Notes: generated by a model from the letters alone, not told the origin. Positions 19,401 to 27,277 are shown, counted from the stretch's first letter. The stretch is DNA of 64,000 nt from an uncultured Clostridia bacterium (GCA_944376335.1 CALWCH010000003.1:55781-119780), one strand, 5' to 3'. A program made the numbers and translations.

Positions 19401-20123
19401 GAAGCCCGCGTTCGCCGCCGTGCCATTGCCGCGCGGGAGCAGTTCGGCAGTCTCAAGCGTGACGGGGTCCTCGTTGGGTGTCATCGCATAGATGGTCCTC
19501 GTTCCGAGCGTCTGGAACACGAGGTATGCCTTGCCGTCCGTAAAGTCGTCTCTCGTCACGGTGAGCGTTTGTCCCGCTTCGCCGACGACCAGCGTTCCGT
19601 TGACCTTCATGTAGGACGTATCGCCCTCGGCGCCCGTCCCGATGTAGTATTCGATGGTGGTGTACTGCGTAATATCGGCGGGCGTTCCCTGCGCGGTGCC
19701 GATCATGCCGCTTGCGGAATAGCCGCTGCCGAGCTGCATGGAGCCGCTCTGCATGATCGCCGAGACCTTGACTTGCGCAGGGCCGGGCGAATACAGATCC
19801 CCGCCCGCGAGGACGGCCGAACAGTCGTCGACCAGATAGACGCCGAGCCAGTTCTCCCCCGTGGAACGGAGCTTAAGGTAGTTCACTTTGGTGAGATCGA
19901 GCGCCGTCGTATTGTACGACGTAACGCCGCCCGCCGTCGTTGTGATCACCGAAGCGCCCTCATCGTTGACGGTAATGGGGTCCATGTTGGCATTCTGCAC
20001 CCAACCGTTCTCATCGGCGGAACCGTGATCGAGTGCATACACCGACGTCGCCGCAAGGCCGACCGAGACCGCGAGTGAAGCCGTCAGCAATCCTGTCAGC
20101 ACAAGCATAAGTGTCTTCTTCAT
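16461..20123 (-). CDS. Large repetitive cell-surface protein with signal peptide and C-terminal TM anchor; function unknown
   Basis: 1220 aa. N-terminal signal MKKTLMLVLTGLLTASLAVSVGLAATSVYA. C-terminal GLIVGLCVGGVVIVAAAAVIIVLVVKKKKEGK. At least six degenerate modules sharing xINGxxIxEL and GDxVxFxxGFT motifs. GGGAGG RBS. Confidence 0.85.
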   Translation of the reverse strand: MKKTLMLVLTGLLTASLAVSVGLAATSVYALDHGSADENGWVQNANMDPITVNDEGASVITTTAGGVTSYNTTALDLTKVNYLKLRSTGENWLGVYLVDDCSAVLAGGDLYSPGPAQVKVSAIMQSGSMQLGSGYSASGMIGTAQGTPADITQYTTIEYYIGTGAEGDTSYMKVNGTLVVGEAGQTLTVTRDDFTDGKAYLVFQTLGTRTIYAMTPNEDPVTLETAELLPRGNGTAANAGFMLNQTIEGIPEAGYQITQSTAVDNVLVNGKSIAEANAMLYVLEGNVEGVGVIQSIGLLPTEGNSFSWKVGDTVTFLEGFTVYDASGTALFKLTRDFGFYVNAVDESGACTFAAQIGLVNVGSDGNFINMNTTYNVSEGGCEERNVASITINGTPLTELGYFNVALSNTVQILKNEGNWTWQEGDVVFLPYGFTFQDSAGNTYALDANYTLTYGAGAFTMSKTQAGEARPVSVAGMSLGHYDAANNLYGMQIRFSESVRGDYEANAEVGGEAWLNNYIEVNGKTLAEIAQINVGSADAPIYATARAVFEGEDFITLWIDGRAGVVQPGDNKLGAGTVVTILPGLEFPSGFVTTEEQSFEWSGESWSATVVLQQFELGLTDGQELEGGIESGTQNAFVNIAAPLSSLTDIPSFPIQDSADVKEYVMINGQLLSQMATSAPIIQVNNADTLQVQLPQGQWNVGDRFVLLKGMPLYNDIPSSPNASKVAELAHYYIFECVSTDGKVTINVTVTDSYEADEDIDLGFAGMQQFTYDSNRDAYGFNLTFTKNVRGDRYELFEDLTGEDWIRDYITINGRTIEELLAATDADGEPIENAVQIFFGDDKYLSIYVSAKIPVDQGGIVNEDGSIIETVRVAVADGFTVPRDSGVIAQGVKYKYEYGFWCNDVDLSSVEYDSLAVVRVDNPVSVDTDGNIAFKVYFDKNITDAQYNHINAGAEWLSGVDLGYTTATINRLASYGFIRDCLTKIEFNGMTIEELMATEDNPAYRPVNVVMVHYNQNEIQIVFRATSVDQDDGTFGQPTPYAINIGDPDPQWTITFREGFTVPTLCRLDRDYTFTYSKDEGRFVEVIEEEVISDIEFEAVAYNGTVIEEGGTLFLTGVTELDKDLFTVAFKDGIQPEWTLEGGTLREGENTVSLVAQTTDGSGRTVSFTFTVNVTAEQTPAPAEEPVNTGLIVGLCVGGVVIVAAAAVIIVLVVKKKKEGK

Positions 20124-20234
20124 GTTTGCCTCCCTTTATCGTTCTTCGGTCTTCCCGAGAACGTATTCTTTCGTTGATTTTTTGGGGAGCGGGTACACTG
20201 CCCCGTCATCCCGCCTGATTTCAAGCATTTCCGC

Positions 20235-21212
20235 TCAGACGCTGCAGCGTTCGATGAGTTTGGTCCCCACCCGCCGCACATCATGCTCGCTCACGTCCTC
20301 GTCGAGAATGAGATCGACATAGGCATACGCCTCCGCCCGCTTGTCCACCGCGATGGTCGTGAGTGCGGGCTGGAAAAATCCCGTAAAGTCGAGGTCGTCG
20401 CAGCCGATAACGGATACGTCCTGCGGGACCTTGATGCCGTGGTCGAAGAGCGCCTTGAGCGCCCCCAGCGCCATCATATCCGTCATGCACAGGATGCAGT
20501 CGAAGGGCTTTTCGGAGCCGATGAGCGATTCGCACAGCTCATACCCGACGTGATGCGCCTTGACCATGGGATAGTTCCCGCAGAGCACGAGATCGGGGTC
20601 GTAGCTAAGGCCGTAGCGCTCCGCATTCTCGCGGAAACAGCTCACGCGCAGGTCTCCGGGTGCGAGCCACGACTCGATGCCCGCAATAAACGCGGGGCGC
20701 GTTCTGCCCGCCCGCTGCAGACACGCCATCGCCTCGTGCATCCCCTCTGCATAGTCGACAATGACCTTCGGGCCCGTCGCCGTGCAGTTGATGAGGCGGA
20801 TGCCCTCTTCGAGGAAGGTATCGTACCACGAGAAATCGCAGGTGAACATGGCGAGGTTGACGATGCCGCACACGCGGTTGGAGAGCAGGTCGTCCAGTAC
20901 CTGCCGAACGTCGCGGTCGTTGACGGCAAACAGCGAGACGATGCTGTTCTTCTCCTTGGCGCGGCACACCATCGCCTCGGCAAGGTGCATGTAGTACGGG
21001 TTGAGCAAGTCCTCCACGAGCACCGCGATGACGTTGCTCTTACGCTTGCGCAGGTTGGCGGCGAGGTTGTTGCGGCGGTAGTTGAGCGTCCTGATCGCCT
21101 CTTCCACCTTCGCGCGGGCCTCGGCGGAGACGTACCCCTTTCCGCTCAAGACTCTTCCCACCGTTGCCGTCGAAACTCCCGCCCGCTTTGCGACATCCTG
21201 TTTCGTGACCAT
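20235..21212 (-). CDS. LacI-family transcriptional regulator
   Basis: Trimmed to ATG 21210-21212 (AGGAGG RBS), 325 aa. HTH MVTKQDVAKRAGVSTATVGRVLSGKGYVS followed by a periplasmic-binding-protein-like sugar domain. Confidence 0.92.
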   Translation of the reverse strand: MVTKQDVAKRAGVSTATVGRVLSGKGYVSAEARAKVEEAIRTLNYRRNNLAANLRKRKSNVIAVLVEDLLNPYYMHLAEAMVCRAKEKNSIVSLFAVNDRDVRQVLDDLLSNRVCGIVNLAMFTCDFSWYDTFLEEGIRLINCTATGPKVIVDYAEGMHEAMACLQRAGRTRPAFIAGIESWLAPGDLRVSCFRENAERYGLSYDPDLVLCGNYPMVKAHHVGYELCESLIGSEKPFDCILCMTDMMALGALKALFDHGIKVPQDVSVIGCDDLDFTGFFQPALTTIAVDKRAEAYAYVDLILDEDVSEHDVRRVGTKLIERCSV

Positions 21213-21225
21213 ATTCCCTCCTGAA

Positions 21226-21241
21226 TATGTCCTCGTGGACA
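21226..21241 (-). promoter_or_regulatory. Operator-like palindrome (copy 1) overlapping the lacI-family gene RBS region
   Basis: TATGTCCTCGTGGACA is identical to 25925-25940. Core TGTCCtCGtGGACA is a 14-bp CG-centred imperfect palindrome of the kind bound by LacI-family repressors. Confidence 0.5.
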
Positions 21242-21322
21242 CATGCTTGAAAAATAAATGAGCACACAAAAGCTCAGTTAAATTTGTGATATATTCACAA
21301 AAAGTTACCCGTTTACACATTT

Positions 21323-21351
21323 ATAGTAGCACAATCTCTCATCGTTGTCAA
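21323..21351 (-). promoter_or_regulatory. Sigma-A-type promoter upstream of the LacI-family gene
   Basis: Minus strand reads TTGACA (21346-21351), 17-nt spacer, TACTAT (21323-21328). Confidence 0.5.
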
Positions 21352-21443
21352 TGGCTCCGCGTAAAATTTCATCTTCATTTTTTGGCGGCCGCCCCGGCGC
21401 CGCGCGGCTGAGACGCGGCGCACCCGAGCCGAGATCGTTCATT

Positions 21444-24215
21444 TCAGCGGAGATGCTCGATCAGCACCTCTTTGAGTCCGAATGAGACAAGGCGCGGTCT
21501 TGCGGTATAGTGCTCGTTTTCGCCCGCATCGCTCCAGCCGCCGCGCAGCGTAAAGTGGTCGGGCGAGACGCCGTTTTCCTCATCATAGTCCGCATGAAAG
21601 GGCCCGTAGCGGTTGCGCATGGTGGAGCTTATCTCAATTTTCAAGATATGTTCGCCCGCGGGCAGGTCGAACAGGGCGCCTTCCTCCAAAAGGACGGTCC
21701 TGCTCTGTCCGCAGACCGAAAGACGGCACATCGCAAAATCTCCCACGGGGCAGATCCGCACGCTGCCGCCGCCTCGCACGAGGGCGGTATAGCGCACCTT
21801 TCCGCAGAAATTTTCATAACCCATGCGGGTGAGGTCGCCCGCCTCCTTAATGCCGCACGCCGTCATCCGCCCCGCATGCGTATCGAATACGCCCTCCAGC
21901 CAAACGGGCTCGAGGCGGGTATGATAGCTGATGCAGTTGCGCAGGCTCTCGGGCGTATCTCCGAACAGCACTTCGCGAAGCTGCTCCGTATCGTCAAATC
22001 GGGCATCATAGACGAGCCGGTTGATGCCGCGGCGCACCCGGACGTGCGCGCGGAGGAAATTGCAGTCCTCCTGCGTCCCGGAGAACGCGCAGGGTTCGCC
22101 GTTGAAGCGCACATCCTGCACGGGTTGGCGCTCCATCACGAGGTCCGCCTCCACAGCCGTTTCACTCTCGAAGGAGAAGGTGACCTCCATCCTACCGCGT
22201 GTGCCGCGCTTTACGAGCCGTTCAAAGACGCCATAGCAGTACCCGCTCAGCTGCCCTTCTTCGGTTGCAGCGGACAAGTCGGTCAGCACGAGGCAGTTCG
22301 CATCGCTCCCCTCAAAGACGGGAATAACGCTTTCTGCGGCAGCCCTCTCGGGCATAGGCAGGGTGTATCCGCCCCCTTCTTCGAGAAGGATGCTCTCCCC
22401 CGCAGGAACGATATACTCTTCGGCGGGCGCATACCCCGTGCCGTTTACAAGGTCGACGCGGCAGAATGTACCGCGCACGGCGACCGGAACAGGCGCCTCC
22501 GTATCGTTGACGGCAAACACGAGCTTCCTGCCGTCCTCAAGGGTACGGACGGTATATGGCAGAGGCATCTCTCTTATGCACGCAGGCCGCGGGAGCGCGT
22601 CGCGGCGCACAAACGCGGTGAGATCGCGCGGGAAGCCCTCCACATAGCGGGGCAGAGCCCCCATCGTCTTGAGGGCGCCGCCCTCCGCAAGATAGCGCTC
22701 AAGCAGCGCGGCAGTGCTCTCCTTGAGCTCTCTGCAGTTGGCGAGGACAACGGCGTCATAGACGCGCTCCCCCACCCGAAGCCTGCCCTCTTCCACGCTG
22801 CCGAGGCGGGCAAGCACCTTCTCGTTGACGAGGTGATAGGCGATCCCCTCCCGCCTCAGGGCGAGAATGACCTCGGAATAGCCGCCGTCCACCTCGCGGA
22901 TGGTCTGCTCCTCGTCGAGGCGCACATAGTCGAGATAGACGCTCTCCATGGGGGTGATGACCGCCACTGGGGCATCCTCCCGCGCAGTTCCGAGGAGCGC
23001 GCCGAGTTTCGCAAAGTATTCATTGAAGTCGCGGTATCCCTCCGCCCACGGCAGCGCCCTGCCGAACGAGACGGGATGATCGATCTTGCCCTGCCCTGCC
23101 AGGGAATAATTGTAAAGATGCTGGCACATCGTGTTCACGCCGTAAACGTACTGCCGCTCTGCAATGCGCCGCAGCATACGGGGCGTGACCCCGTATCCCG
23201 TGCAGCCGAACGTCTCCGTCAGCACATGCTCCCTGCCCGTCTGCGCCGCCACGGAGGCGGCATTCTTCGCAGAAAGGAAGGGGTCGCTATGGCGGGCGAG
23301 ATTGTCGATGGCGGGAACGTGCTCAAAGAGATAGCTGGGCGCGCAGTCGGCGCCGCCCCACATCTGCGCAAAGAAGGCGTTCTCCTCGATGCTGTGCCCC
23401 GTGAGCATGCAGCCGTGTTCCCCGCACCATTCATAGACGATGCGATAGTAATTTTCACAGTACAGCCGGTTGAGCAGCGTATAGTAGCGCACGCGGAAGG
23501 GATAGCCGCGCTCGTCCTTGAGAAAGAGCCATAAAAACCCCTCTCTGACGTCCTCGCCGTATGCCCTTCGGTATTCCTCCTCCGCGGCGCGCGAGAAGGG
23601 CGTTTGATAGCGGTAGTACTGCGGTTCGTCGGTAAAGAAGCCGAGAAGCTCCCTGCCGAAACTCGGCGCAAACCGCGCATAGTACTCTTCATGTGTGAGG
23701 GCAACGAACTGCCGCGTGACGCGCGCATCGAGGATATCGACATACGCATCCGAGGTATGCAGGTACAGCGTGTGATATTGTGCGGCGCGCTCCCCCTCCC
23801 CGAGCAGGCGGGGAACGCCGTTCTCCATCGCGTAGACGGCATATGCCGCCCCGTCGAAGGTATCTTTGACTTCATAGGAGAGATACTGCGCCCGGTTTTT
23901 TTCATCGGCGAGCAATCTCCCGCCCGCAAACCCGCTCGGCCAGCCGTACTCGTCATAGAGCCAGACGCGCATCCCCTGCTTCTTCGCCTCGTCCAAGCAG
24001 ATGCCCACGCAGCGGAACCACGCTTCCGAGAGGTATGGCGTTTCAAGCCCCGCACGCGCATGAAAGACAAACCCGCCCAGGGAAAAGCGCTTCATCTCGC
24101 ATATCTGACGACGCAGCTCCCCCTCTTCAAGTGCGGAATTGATGCTCCAGAACACGACGGGCCGATAGGCGGCGAGCGCTTCGGGAGGGATGTTCAAACA
24201 GCTTTTCTGCGTCAT
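21444..24215 (-). CDS. Large putative glycoside hydrolase (TIM-barrel-like N-terminus plus beta-sandwich domains); family unresolved
   Basis: 923 aa. N-terminal FWSINSALEEGELRRQICEMKRFSLGGFVFHARAGLETPYLSEAWF...AKKQGMRVWLYDEYGWPSGFAGG pattern, as I recall it from uncharacterised GHs that co-occur with rhamnosidases. ATGA overlap with the upstream GH78-like gene. Confidence 0.5.
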   Translation of the reverse strand: MTQKSCLNIPPEALAAYRPVVFWSINSALEEGELRRQICEMKRFSLGGFVFHARAGLETPYLSEAWFRCVGICLDEAKKQGMRVWLYDEYGWPSGFAGGRLLADEKNRAQYLSYEVKDTFDGAAYAVYAMENGVPRLLGEGERAAQYHTLYLHTSDAYVDILDARVTRQFVALTHEEYYARFAPSFGRELLGFFTDEPQYYRYQTPFSRAAEEEYRRAYGEDVREGFLWLFLKDERGYPFRVRYYTLLNRLYCENYYRIVYEWCGEHGCMLTGHSIEENAFFAQMWGGADCAPSYLFEHVPAIDNLARHSDPFLSAKNAASVAAQTGREHVLTETFGCTGYGVTPRMLRRIAERQYVYGVNTMCQHLYNYSLAGQGKIDHPVSFGRALPWAEGYRDFNEYFAKLGALLGTAREDAPVAVITPMESVYLDYVRLDEEQTIREVDGGYSEVILALRREGIAYHLVNEKVLARLGSVEEGRLRVGERVYDAVVLANCRELKESTAALLERYLAEGGALKTMGALPRYVEGFPRDLTAFVRRDALPRPACIREMPLPYTVRTLEDGRKLVFAVNDTEAPVPVAVRGTFCRVDLVNGTGYAPAEEYIVPAGESILLEEGGGYTLPMPERAAAESVIPVFEGSDANCLVLTDLSAATEEGQLSGYCYGVFERLVKRGTRGRMEVTFSFESETAVEADLVMERQPVQDVRFNGEPCAFSGTQEDCNFLRAHVRVRRGINRLVYDARFDDTEQLREVLFGDTPESLRNCISYHTRLEPVWLEGVFDTHAGRMTACGIKEAGDLTRMGYENFCGKVRYTALVRGGGSVRICPVGDFAMCRLSVCGQSRTVLLEEGALFDLPAGEHILKIEISSTMRNRYGPFHADYDEENGVSPDHFTLRGGWSDAGENEHYTARPRLVSFGLKEVLIEHLR

Positions 24216-25849
24216 GTCTCCTCCTCGACGATGAGCCTGATGCCGTCCGGCACACGCGCATCGGTGTGCACCCGCCCTTCTCTGACGCGGCAGTCGAGGG
24301 TGAGTTCGCCAAGCGGCGTCGGGAGCGTCGCCTTGACATAGTCAAGCCCGCCGAGACGGGGACGAATATGCACTTCACGGTATCCCGGCTGCGTGATGCT
24401 CACGCCGAGGATATACCGAAAGAGGAAGGGAATGACCCCCGCCGACCAGCCGTGGCACAGGCTGTGGCGATACCCGCTGTAGCAGAACTTGCCGTAGTCG
24501 CCGTGCACGTCCGTCTCTCCCGGCTGCGGGATGCGGTCGATGGGACAGACCTTTCCCTTCAGCCAGTCTATATCGAAGTCCTCCCAAAAGGTCGTCGCGC
24601 CGAGGCGGAGCATCCCGCCGTAATACTCGCGCAGGGATGCAAGCGCCGCTGCCTCCCCCGCCAGTTCGCTCTGTGCGCTCAGCAGAAAATAGCTCATAAA
24701 CGTGGAAAACCCGCGCGCACCGCCTTGGGTGAGAAGCGCCCGCTCCTTCTCCGAAAGCGCCGTCCCGGAGAGGTATTTGAGCGCCGCGATCTGCCTTTTT
24801 TCGCTCACGACGGCGCCCTTTTCAGACAGTTTTCGCAAGATATTCCGAGAGAGCCGCCCGTCCGTTCCATAGAGGCGCTCGAGGAGACATGCACTCTTTG
24901 CGCAGAGCTTGCCGAGGCTGCGCACCCCTTCCCGTTCGTCGGGATGCCCGTGGGTGGGCCAATCGATAAAGCAGCCGCCGAAGTCAAAGCCGCCGTCCTC
25001 CGCGATACAGCCGTCGATCTGGGCAAGCAGCGGATAAAAATAGTCCTTTTGTGCCAGCGTATAGGCAAGATCGCCCGTCATGCGATAGTACTCGTCCACC
25101 AGAATGATCCACCACATGCTGTACATGGGATAGTTGTTCATCCAGCCGGGGAGGGGCGTCTCCGCCTTGACAAATTCCAGACTGCGGGCGACGCAGCCAT
25201 CGTTGTTGCAGACGGACAGCAACGCGCACACTTCGGGATAGAGATCGCCCATCCAGACGAGGCGGTCGCGCTTGATGCCGTCCCAGATGTACTGCTGCGC
25301 GCACAGCTGCACCGTGTATGCGGCCGTGCGGAAGATCTCGTTGATGCAGGCATCCGAACACTCGAACGAGCCGATCTCAGGACGGCTGCTGTGCACATAG
25401 ACGGCGTTGACTGCCTTCAGCCGAAGCTCCGCCCCCTCATCGAGCAGTTCGAGATTGACAAAACGGAAGCCGCTCAAAAAGAATTCACTGTCAGACAGCA
25501 TGGGAAGCGGAAGCGTGATATCCCTCAGGGCATGATCGTTGCAGCTGCCCTTTGAGCCGGGTTCGGAGAGGCTCTCCCCCACCGACTCCCCGAGGCGGAT
25601 GCGGACGCGCGCGCCGTTCGTGCCGAAGCCCGTCACGATGCGCACCTTTCCGTTGAGTTCCCTGCCGAAATCGAGCAGGATGGAACTCCGCCCGCGCACG
25701 AGCACGAAGTCTCTTTCGTTCAGCCCGATCTGCTCCGCGCGCCGCTGCGTGAGAAGGTCGGCCCGTTCCACCATCCCCTGCACGCGCAGGATGGCTTTCG
25801 GCAGGATAAGCTCCTGCACCATAGCAGCGGTTTCTGCGACAGCTCCCAT
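24212..25849 (-). CDS. Alpha-L-rhamnosidase-like six-hairpin glycosidase (GH78-like catalytic domain only)
   Basis: Trimmed from GTG 25876 to ATG 25847-25849 (GGGAGGG RBS), 545 aa. Motifs WDGIKRDRLVWMGDLY and YRHSLCHGWSAGVIPF resemble GH78 catalytic-domain signatures. Confidence 0.65.
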   Translation of the reverse strand: MGAVAETAAMVQELILPKAILRVQGMVERADLLTQRRAEQIGLNERDFVLVRGRSSILLDFGRELNGKVRIVTGFGTNGARVRIRLGESVGESLSEPGSKGSCNDHALRDITLPLPMLSDSEFFLSGFRFVNLELLDEGAELRLKAVNAVYVHSSRPEIGSFECSDACINEIFRTAAYTVQLCAQQYIWDGIKRDRLVWMGDLYPEVCALLSVCNNDGCVARSLEFVKAETPLPGWMNNYPMYSMWWIILVDEYYRMTGDLAYTLAQKDYFYPLLAQIDGCIAEDGGFDFGGCFIDWPTHGHPDEREGVRSLGKLCAKSACLLERLYGTDGRLSRNILRKLSEKGAVVSEKRQIAALKYLSGTALSEKERALLTQGGARGFSTFMSYFLLSAQSELAGEAAALASLREYYGGMLRLGATTFWEDFDIDWLKGKVCPIDRIPQPGETDVHGDYGKFCYSGYRHSLCHGWSAGVIPFLFRYILGVSITQPGYREVHIRPRLGGLDYVKATLPTPLGELTLDCRVREGRVHTDARVPDGIRLIVEEET

Positions 25850-25924
25850 GTTCCCTCCCGACCTTACGGCGAACACTGCCGCCGATTTTGATAGTATTTC
25901 ACAAAGTAATGATTATGTCCTCGT

Positions 25925-25940
25925 GGACATGTTTATATTA
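25925..25940 (-). promoter_or_regulatory. Operator-like palindrome (copy 2) just downstream of the -10 of the GH operon promoter
   Basis: TATGTCCTCGTGGACA is identical to 21226-21241. Extended arms ATGTCC/GGACAT (25926-25941). Lies 5 nt downstream of the -10 hexamer. Confidence 0.5.
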
Positions 25941-25945
25941 TCACA

Positions 25946-25974
25946 AGTTTTTCCGCTTGTCAATGGGTATTCAG
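25946..25974 (-). promoter_or_regulatory. Sigma-A-type promoter of the GH78-like/GH operon
   Basis: Minus strand reads TTGACA (25969-25974), 17-nt spacer, TAATAT (25946-25951). Confidence 0.55.
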
Positions 25975-26057
25975 AAAGTTTTTTCGGAGATTTTCCGCTA
26001 TATGTCCTTCCGGAATATGGCTCCTTCGAATTACTTGAAGAAATGATTCGGTTTTTG

Positions 26058-26104
26058 CCCAAAAAAGAGGCGCGCCGCCCGCAAGAACTTGCGGGCGGCG
26101 CGCC
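26058..26104 (-). terminator. Rho-independent terminator after thiI
   Basis: Perfect 16-bp GC-rich stem ggcgcgccgcccgcaa / ttgcgggcggcgcgcc (26069-26084 / 26089-26104) with a 4-nt loop. Followed on the minus strand by TCTTTTTTGGG. Confidence 0.85.
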
Positions 26105-26115
26105 GTACCAAAAAA

Positions 26116-27276
26116 TCAAATTTCGTTCAAATCGTATACTTCCTTGCTCGCAAACGCCTCTTCCATGAGCCGCTCCACATCGAGCCTCCCCTCTTCCTCT
26201 TCGACGAAGGAGAGCTTTGGTTTGATGGCGGGGAACTCGGGCAAAAAGACGGTGCAGCAGTCCTCGTAAGGAAGGACGCTCGTCTCATAGGTGCCGATCC
26301 TGCGGGAAATCGCAATAATTTCGTCCTTATCAAACCCGATGAGAGGCCTTAAGACGGGCAGCGTGACGACGGCGTTGGAGGACGTGATGCCCTCGATGGT
26401 CTGGCTCGCGACTTGCCCCAGACTCTCGCCCGTGATGAGGCACTGCCCGCCGATGCTTCGCGCAAACTTCTCGGCAAGGCGGTACATAAAGCGGCGAAGA
26501 AGCGTCACATTGAGTTCCGGGGCGCACTTTGCGTGAATTTCTTCCTGAATGTGCGCGACGTTGAGGGTCGTCAGCCGCGCGGAATGCGAGAAGCGGGCAA
26601 GCTCCTTTGCGAGCTCCTTCACCTTCTCCTTCGCGCCGTCGTTGGTATAGGGATAACTGTGGAAGTGCAGAAGCTCCACGCTCATGCCGCGCTTTGCCAT
26701 CATGTAGCCCGCGACGGGCGAATCGATGCCGCCCGAGATGAGCAGCACCCCCTTCCCCGAGGTTCCCACGGGCATGCCGCCCACGCCCGCCTCAAATTTG
26801 GAAAAGACGAGCGCCGTCGCATTCTCACGGATATCGAGATACACGGTATGCGCAGGCATATGCACATCGACTTTGAGGGCGGGGAATTGGCTCAAGAGAT
26901 ACCCCCCGACCTCGGCGTTGAGCTGCATAGAAGTTTTGGGGTACTTCTTGTCGGCGCGGTGGGTATCCACCTTGAAGGTGCCCTCTTGGGGGCAGACAAC
27001 TTTTGCCGCCTCGAAGAGCTCCCCCATCGACGTGCCCGTCTCCAGCCCCACCGAATAGGAATGGACGCCGAACACGCGGGAGATGCGCTCGCAAATTTCC
27101 TCCGTCCTGTTCTCGTCGAAACAGGCGACAAGGTACCGCCCGCTCAGGCGATGCAGTTCGTGTTTAAGACCTTTGAGTGCCCGCTCCAAATTGACGGAAA
27201 ACACGCGCTCGAAATAGCCCCTGTTCTTGCCCTTTAAGTGGATCTCCGCATAGCGGATGATGATGACTTTCTGCAT
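26116..27276 (-). CDS. thiI: tRNA 4-thiouridine synthase / sulfurtransferase ThiI
   Basis: Trimmed to ATG 27274-27276 (AAGGAG RBS), 386 aa. N-terminus MQKVIIIRYAEIHLKGKNRGYFE. PP-loop LISGGIDSPVA. Confidence 0.92.
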   Translation of the reverse strand: MQKVIIIRYAEIHLKGKNRGYFERVFSVNLERALKGLKHELHRLSGRYLVACFDENRTEEICERISRVFGVHSYSVGLETGTSMGELFEAAKVVCPQEGTFKVDTHRADKKYPKTSMQLNAEVGGYLLSQFPALKVDVHMPAHTVYLDIRENATALVFSKFEAGVGGMPVGTSGKGVLLISGGIDSPVAGYMMAKRGMSVELLHFHSYPYTNDGAKEKVKELAKELARFSHSARLTTLNVAHIQEEIHAKCAPELNVTLLRRFMYRLAEKFARSIGGQCLITGESLGQVASQTIEGITSSNAVVTLPVLRPLIGFDKDEIIAISRRIGTYETSVLPYEDCCTVFLPEFPAIKPKLSFVEEEEGRLDVERLMEEAFASKEVYDLNEI

Positions 27277-27277
27277 A

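Noticed and set aside
12704-20078. Two giant plus-strand ORFs (12704-16501, 1265 aa; 16380-20078, 1232 aa) antisense to the SBP, GH-lipoprotein and surface-protein genes.
   Set aside because: Their translations are Arg/Gly/Ala/Val/Asp-rich low-information strings with no signal peptide, motif or RBS. They sit exactly opposite well-supported minus-strand genes. In GC3-rich genes the antisense frame is depleted of stop codons, so these are shadow ORFs.
21384-21421. GC-rich palindromes (ggcggccgcc at 21384-21393; gcgccgcg...cgcggcgc at 21397-21421) just downstream of the 923-aa GH gene, as an intrinsic terminator.
   Set aside because: On the minus strand (the transcribed one) the hairpin is followed by an A-run, not a U-run. 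The T-run lies on the wrong side. I did not call it a terminator, and read-through into the LacI-family gene remains possible.
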